From NCBI GenBank assembly GCA_963701965.1, contig OY969695.1:3072001-3136000 (forward strand): a stretch of 64,000 nt of DNA, written 5' to 3'. The translations under genes were made by a program, and so were the position numbers. Every line of letters starts with the position of its first letter. Within the stretch, counting starts at the first letter, position 1. This DNA comes from an uncultured Gemmatimonadales bacterium. GTDB taxonomy: Bacteria > Gemmatimonadota > Gemmatimonadetes > Gemmatimonadales > Gemmatimonadaceae. The notes under the pieces are model-generated. The model saw only the letters and a list, made by a program, of their open reading frames with translations. It did not search any database and was not told the origin of the DNA. Of this stretch, positions 59,080-64,000 are shown one piece after another.

Positions 59080-59643
59080 ATGAGAACAAAGGGCATACGG
59101 TGCAGCGTCAGCACTACTGTAGCGCTCGCCGTCTTAGCTTGCCAGCCGGCGAATTCCCCACAAGACCGCAAGTACACCCTCAAAGTTCCGAATGGACTCG
59201 CGTTCTCCGAGTTCGAGGGCTACGAAGGATGGCAGACTATTGCTGTCAGTCATAACGGAGACAAGCTGGCTGTGATCCTCGGCAACCCGGCGATGATCGC
59301 CGCGTACAAGGCCGGGTTTCCTGGTAACGGCAAGCCATTCCCCGATGGCGCCAGAATGGCGAAGGTCCATTGGAACATAGTAAAGGCCGACTCGGAGCCC
59401 GGGCAGCCGCTCGTGCCCGGTACCCAACATGACGTGGATTTCATGGTGAAGGATAGCAAGAGGTTCTCGGACGGCGGCGGATGGGGATACGCCGAGTTTG
59501 AGTATGACGCCGCGTCCAAGACGTTCAGGCCCGGCACTTTGGCGGATAGCCCGCCGCAAGCGAACGACGCCAAGTGCGGGCTCTCGTGCCACACGCTCGT
59601 AAAGGCGAAGGACTACGTTTTCACGAAGTACCCGACGCGGTGA
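59080..59643 (+). CDS. Cytochrome P460-family protein
   Basis: FPDGARMAK, MVKDSKRF...GWGYAEF, CGLSCH, DYVFT; LAC lipobox. Confidence 0.88.
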   Translation: MRTKGIRCSVSTTVALAVLACQPANSPQDRKYTLKVPNGLAFSEFEGYEGWQTIAVSHNGDKLAVILGNPAMIAAYKAGFPGNGKPFPDGARMAKVHWNIVKADSEPGQPLVPGTQHDVDFMVKDSKRFSDGGGWGYAEFEYDAASKTFRPGTLADSPPQANDAKCGLSCHTLVKAKDYVFTKYPTR

Positions 59644-59742
59644 CGTAGCCGGTCGGCAACGGCTGCTTGCCGTCGCGCCGCGGCAGCGGACGGGGTCACG
59701 TTTCCCTCGACGCCCGATGCCGCAGGACCGCTGCCGTTGCTG

Positions 59743-60135
59743 CTAACGTGCCCGTGACGGGAGTGTTGTTCCGCAGCCGACCACGATATTGAGCACCCTG
59801 TGACCGCCGTTCTTGAGTCCGGTGTACGAGATCGCCGCCGGCGCCTGACAGTTTGTGGGGACGTTGGACACCGCGATGCTGCCGTCTCCGGCTGGCACGT
59901 TATCCAAAGTGAACGCGCCGCTCGTCGTCGTCTGAACGGCTGGTAGCGCGCTTGCCACCGCCGGTGTCACGGTCACCGTCGCGTTCGCGACATCGCCGCC
60001 TTCTGAGCCCGTTATCGTGCCGGAAACGGTCGCGCCGCTGTTTGGTCCTGAAGGTGATCCGACACAGGCACCGAGCCACAACACAAGTCCCACCGCAGCC
60101 GCGCGCAGGCTGCGCGCATCCCGAAGCGTCTTCAC
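59743..60135 (-). CDS. Lipoprotein with a carboxypeptidase-regulatory-like beta domain
   Basis: LGAC lipobox; VSGTIT...ANATVTV...TTTSGAFTLDNVPAG. Confidence 0.75.
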   Translation of the reverse strand: MKTLRDARSLRAAAVGLVLWLGACVGSPSGPNSGATVSGTITGSEGGDVANATVTVTPAVASALPAVQTTTSGAFTLDNVPAGDGSIAVSNVPTNCQAPAAISYTGLKNGGHRVLNIVVGCGTTLPSRAR

Positions 60136-60254
60136 GTTTGCCTCTTCGTTGTTTGGTCGTTGTCTTTCGATCGTGCTTAGGTAGCGGCAAAACGCGGCCT
60201 TCCGGCTCATCGGCGGCCGCGCGGCTGGCCCGTAACGTCGCCTCCCGCCTCGGT

Positions 60255-61427
60255 TCATATTCTTCCGATCTTCGTCGCCGGCGGTTTCGCAGGTCGCACT
60301 CCGCGCTCATCCTGCTATCGCCGGGGCAGGGCTGCTTGCGCGCAGCGTACAGCGCCTGCAATCGATCGATCTCGGCTTTCGGCCCGATCATCTGTCGCTG
60401 ATCAGCGTCGTATCTCAGTTCAGCAAATACGCGGATGAGCATCGGTACCACGCACTCGGCGATGCGCTCATGGCACGCTTTCGCTCCCTCCCCGGCGTGA
60501 CCGCGGTGACTCCGAGCATCATCGGCCCGTTCATCGGGCGAAATTCTGGGCCGGAGGTTGGCAGGCGGAGGGACAGTCAGTCGAGGAGGTGACGTCGAAT
60601 CCCAGGACGCCGTTTCCCGCGGGAGGACAGGACTACTTTCGCACGCTCGGTATCCCGATTGTCCGCGGCCGGCCGTTTCGACGAGCGTGAGAGGCGCGAG
60701 CCAGTCGCTGTCGTGAGCCAGAGCTTTGCTCGGCTCTATTGGCCCTCTCGGGATCCAATCGGCAAGCGAATCCGGCTTGACGGGAGTCCAGACCACTCCT
60801 GGCGCACGGTAGTCGGTGTCGCGGGAGAAAGCCGGTTTCGTTCGCTGCGCGAGCCCACCCCCATGGTGTACGTTCCCTACGCGCAGTCCGTGTGGCAAGG
60901 AATGATCGTGCTCCGGACGACGACCGAGCTCCACGCGTTGGTGCCCGCCATCCGGCACGACATCGCCCACGTCGATTCGACAGCGACGTGGTGGACAGCA
61001 CGCACTATGGACGACATCTCGCCGGGCCGCTCGCACAGCCGCGCTTTAGTGCATTCCTCCTCTCGGCGTTCGGCCTTGTCGCTCTAGCGCTGGCGGCGAT
61101 CGGTCTCTACCGCATCATGGCGTTGCCGTGCGCGAGCAGACGCGCGAGATTGGCGTGCGGATGGCGCTCGGTGCTACGCCGGCGCGTGTGCGCGGCGAAA
61201 TACTAAGGCGAGCCCTCGCAGTGTCAGTGCTCGGCGCGGCGACGGGATCGCGGGAGCGCTTGCGGCGTCGAGGTTGTTGTCATCATTGCTCTTTCAGGTG
61301 AGCCCGAAGGACTCCCTCGCGCTCTGACGCGTGCGGCATCCTGCTCGTTGTAGCGGTGATTGCGGCCTACCTGCCGGCGCGCCACGCGAGCCGGGTCGAT
61401 CCTGCGAACGCTCTCAAAGTCGACTAG
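60255..61427 (+). pseudogene. ADOP-family permease, C-terminal half with multiple frameshifts
   Basis: DPIGKRI, LSAFGLVALALAAIGLY and MALGA spread over different frames. Confidence 0.85.
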
Positions 61428-62028
61428 GGATAGGGTGCAACCCTGGTAGTGAGGCGACACGATGAGGTCGTGAGTGTCCATTCCGCCCAGGCCGAACGCT
61501 TGGCCGATATCGGGTGCTATCGCCAGGTGTCCTTGCGGCCCTCGCATGTGACTGAGTGGGCTTGTCACGCGGTAACACGGAGGCGCGGGCCGGCCTGGCG
61601 GTCGACCGCTCCGCCGCGCATGACAGGCATGCCTATTCGCCGGCGCGCTCGGTGCGGCTCGCGTACCCTCCGGAAACTACGCCACGTCGCGACGGACGAC
61701 GTCCCAGCATCCGAGGATCGCGACGATTATGCCTCCGACAATGCCGACCAGCAACGCGGTCCCGCGAAGCGTTGAGGTTGCCTGACGGGCTAGCACCACA
61801 TACGGAAGCGACCACGGAAAGACGCTCGCGAAGAGCGGTCCGTGCGGCGTACTCGCGATATTCTTCAATGTGCGCAGTAACATGATGGCGACTACCGTAC
61901 CGCCAATCCCCAACGTCATGGGGACGGTGAAGCTGCGCCAGCGGCCTCGGTGGACACTTCATAACCGGCCACTGATGGACAGCTGATAACCGGCCACCAC
62001 GGTGGGGCGTCCGAGACTGGTGAGTGGG

Positions 62029-62796
62029 TTAGCGCGGCCCGATCGAGTCTGTGGACAAGCTGTCACCCTGGACCTTGGTGCGCCAGCTGCGGGGCCCGCA
62101 CTTGAGGATGTGGGCGTGGTGGAGGAGCCGATCGAGGAGCGCGGTGACCGCCGCGGTGTCGCCGAGCAGCTTGCCCCAGTCCTCGACCGGGCGATTGGAG
62201 GTGAGCAGTGTGGACGCCCGTTCGTAGCGGCGCATGATGAGTTCCAGGAGATCTTCAGCCGCCGTGTGGGGGAGCTTGCGCATGCCGAGATCGTCGATGA
62301 TGAGGAGCGGCACGGCGGCGAGTTCGGCGAGGTACGCTTTGCGCGTGCCGTCGAGCGTGGCGTCCGCCAGTTCTTCGAGCAGCGTGTGGGCCTCGCGATA
62401 GAGCACGCGGTAGCCTTGATGGATGACGGCGCGGCCGATCGCTTGCGCGAGATGGCTTTTCCCGCTGCCGGGTGGCCCGACGAACAGGGCGTCCTCCCGC
62501 TGGGCGACGAAGCGGGCGGTGGCGAGGTCGTAGACGAGGGCGCGGTTCATCTTCTTGTTGAAGTCGAAGTCGAAGGTGTCGAGCGTGCGATCCGGATCGC
62601 GGAAGCGGGCGTGTTTCTGCCGGCGCTCGAGGAGGCGATCCTGGCGGCGGAGGAGTTCATCGCTGACGAGGGCGGAGAGGAGATCGATGGGCGCGAGACG
62701 TTCGGTCTGGGCTTGGTGCAGCCGGGTCTCGAGAACCGCAGCCATGCCAGAGAGGCGGAGCTGGCGAAGGGCGTGATCGAGTTCAACGAGGTTCAT
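62029..62796 (-). CDS. istB: IS21 helper ATPase
   Basis: GPPGSGKSHLA, LLIIDDLG, LTSN, LDRLLHH. Confidence 0.95.
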   Translation of the reverse strand: MNLVELDHALRQLRLSGMAAVLETRLHQAQTERLAPIDLLSALVSDELLRRQDRLLERRQKHARFRDPDRTLDTFDFDFNKKMNRALVYDLATARFVAQREDALFVGPPGSGKSHLAQAIGRAVIHQGYRVLYREAHTLLEELADATLDGTRKAYLAELAAVPLLIIDDLGMRKLPHTAAEDLLELIMRRYERASTLLTSNRPVEDWGKLLGDTAAVTALLDRLLHHAHILKCGPRSWRTKVQGDSLSTDSIGPR

Positions 62797-64000
62797 GGGG
62801 GATCTCCGAGGTGGCGATCGATGAGGTCGCGGTAGAGGGTGAGTTGCCGGATGAGGGGATCGACTTGGCGGAGCGTGAGGGGGACGGGGACGCGGTGCTC
62901 GAGGTAGCGGCGGAGGAAGCGATAGGTGGGCACGCCCAGCTCGAGGGCGGCGTGCGCGGCCGCGTCAACGACGGCCGGGCCGTAGCGCTTGGCGAGGGCG
63001 AGGACGCCGAGGATGCGGCGGACGGCGAGCACGCCGTCCTGGCGGTGGATCGTGTCGCAGAGCGTGCCAATGTGCGGGCCGGCGCGCTGGGTCCGCGCGA
63101 GCAGGGCGACGGTCGTCAGCGGCGTCCGGGCGGGCCGATCGGTGTCGTGCACCCGATGCCGGCCGCGGGCCGTCCGCCGATGCTCCCGGAGGAGTTGCCC
63201 CGTGTCGGGGGCGAGGAGGCGCACCCAGAGATCGTTCCACTGGACCTGCACGCGCTGGCCGATCCAGCCGGGTGGAGCACTGTAGTACGCCGCCTCGACT
63301 TCGACGCACCCATCGAGATGCACGGTACGGGTGCCGTAGCGGTAGTAGCGGAAGGGTTCGAGCGGGAGCGGCCCGAGCGTGGGCTGTTCCTCGGCGAACA
63401 TCGCGGCGACCTGGCGCTTGGTCGTGCCGTGGATGCGCGTATCGGCCCAGCGCGTCTCCCACTGATCGAGATACGCCTGCGCCGCCTCCAGCGACTCGAA
63501 GCGGAGCCCCTTGAGCGGGGTCCGCTGCGTGTGGCCGATGCCCGATTCCACTTTGCCTTTGCGATCCGGATCCCGCACGCGACACGGCAAGGCCACGACG
63601 TGGTAGTGGGCCAAGACGTCGCGATAGAGTGGATTGAGCGTCGGGTCGTAGACGTCGGGCGTGAGGACGCCTTCGCGCAGGTTGTCGAGCACGATGACGC
63701 GCACCGTGCCGCCCAGCCGGCGGAAGGCGCGCTCATGCAGCTCGGCCCAGATCTGGGTGCTCGATCGCCAGACGAGGAGCCGGACCGACTTCCGCGAGTA
63801 GCCGAGCGTCAGGACGAAGAGCCGGACGCGCCGGTACTTCCCCGTGGCGGGGTCGCGCACCATCGGCCCCTCGCCGTAATCGACCTGCGCCTCGTCGCCC
63901 GGGGCGGTCGTGATCACCACGCGCGCCTCGACGGCCGCCGGATCGTGGAGCGTCCGGATGAACCGGCGGACACTCGCGTAGCGGGCCGCGAAGCCGTGCG
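62793..64000 (-). CDS. istA: IS21 transposase (5' end outside the window)
   Basis: EAQVDYG, LDNLREGV, KGKVE. Confidence 0.95.
   Translation of the reverse strand, partial: HGFAARYASVRRFIRTLHDPAAVEARVVITTAPGDEAQVDYGEGPMVRDPATGKYRRVRLFVLTLGYSRKSVRLLVWRSSTQIWAELHERAFRRLGGTVRVIVLDNLREGVLTPDVYDPTLNPLYRDVLAHYHVVALPCRVRDPDRKGKVESGIGHTQRTPLKGLRFESLEAAQAYLDQWETRWADTRIHGTTKRQVAAMFAEEQPTLGPLPLEPFRYYRYGTRTVHLDGCVEVEAAYYSAPPGWIGQRVQVQWNDLWVRLLAPDTGQLLREHRRTARGRHRVHDTDRPARTPLTTVALLARTQRAGPHIGTLCDTIHRQDGVLAVRRILGVLALAKRYGPAVVDAAAHAALELGVPTYRFLRRYLEHRVPVPLTLRQVDPLIRQLTLYRDLIDRHLGDPP

Larger units (their letters stand above)
61945..64000 (-). mobile_element. IS21-family element (continues beyond the window end)
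   Basis: istA-istB pair; two terminal repeats tggacannnnataaccggccac at 61951 and 61976. Confidence 0.93.

Noticed and set aside
61633..61940. Membrane protein gene next to the IS21 end
   Set aside because: A short hydrophobic fragment only, probably truncated by the IS; no assignment possible.
1..64000. Prophage or conjugative element
   Set aside because: No structural, packaging, relaxase or T4SS genes are visible.

Overview
GC-rich bacterial accessory region. The integrase signature, the ADOP-type permeases with PadR and the gene style suggest Gemmatimonadota or Acidobacteriota, but that is inference. The main hidden structure is a same-orientation series of att-like junctions built around the 3' half of tRNA-Asn(GTT). 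Full cores lie at about 654, 10515, 12637 and 47865, partial cores at about 18420 and 53541, and core-less arms at about 23.7, 38.6 and 39.8 kb. The junctions are flanked by conserved arms carrying IHF-like sites and by remnants of a tyrosine integrase. They divide the window into roughly 1-15 kb cargo modules, consistent with a tandem stack of decayed tRNA-targeting integrative elements. Cargo includes many toxin-antitoxin, Fic and defence-like genes (HipA pair, RES-Xre, AbrB-Doc, three Fic proteins, AbiE-like pair, HEPN-like and SMC-like genes), a largely intact USP/BON/two-component stress cluster with a repeated TGTCAGG-N5-CCTGACA box, ADOP permeases, small metabolic genes, and ISL3, IS481 and IS21 elements. 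Many genes are frameshifted. No intact tRNA, intact integrase, rRNA or CRISPR array was seen.
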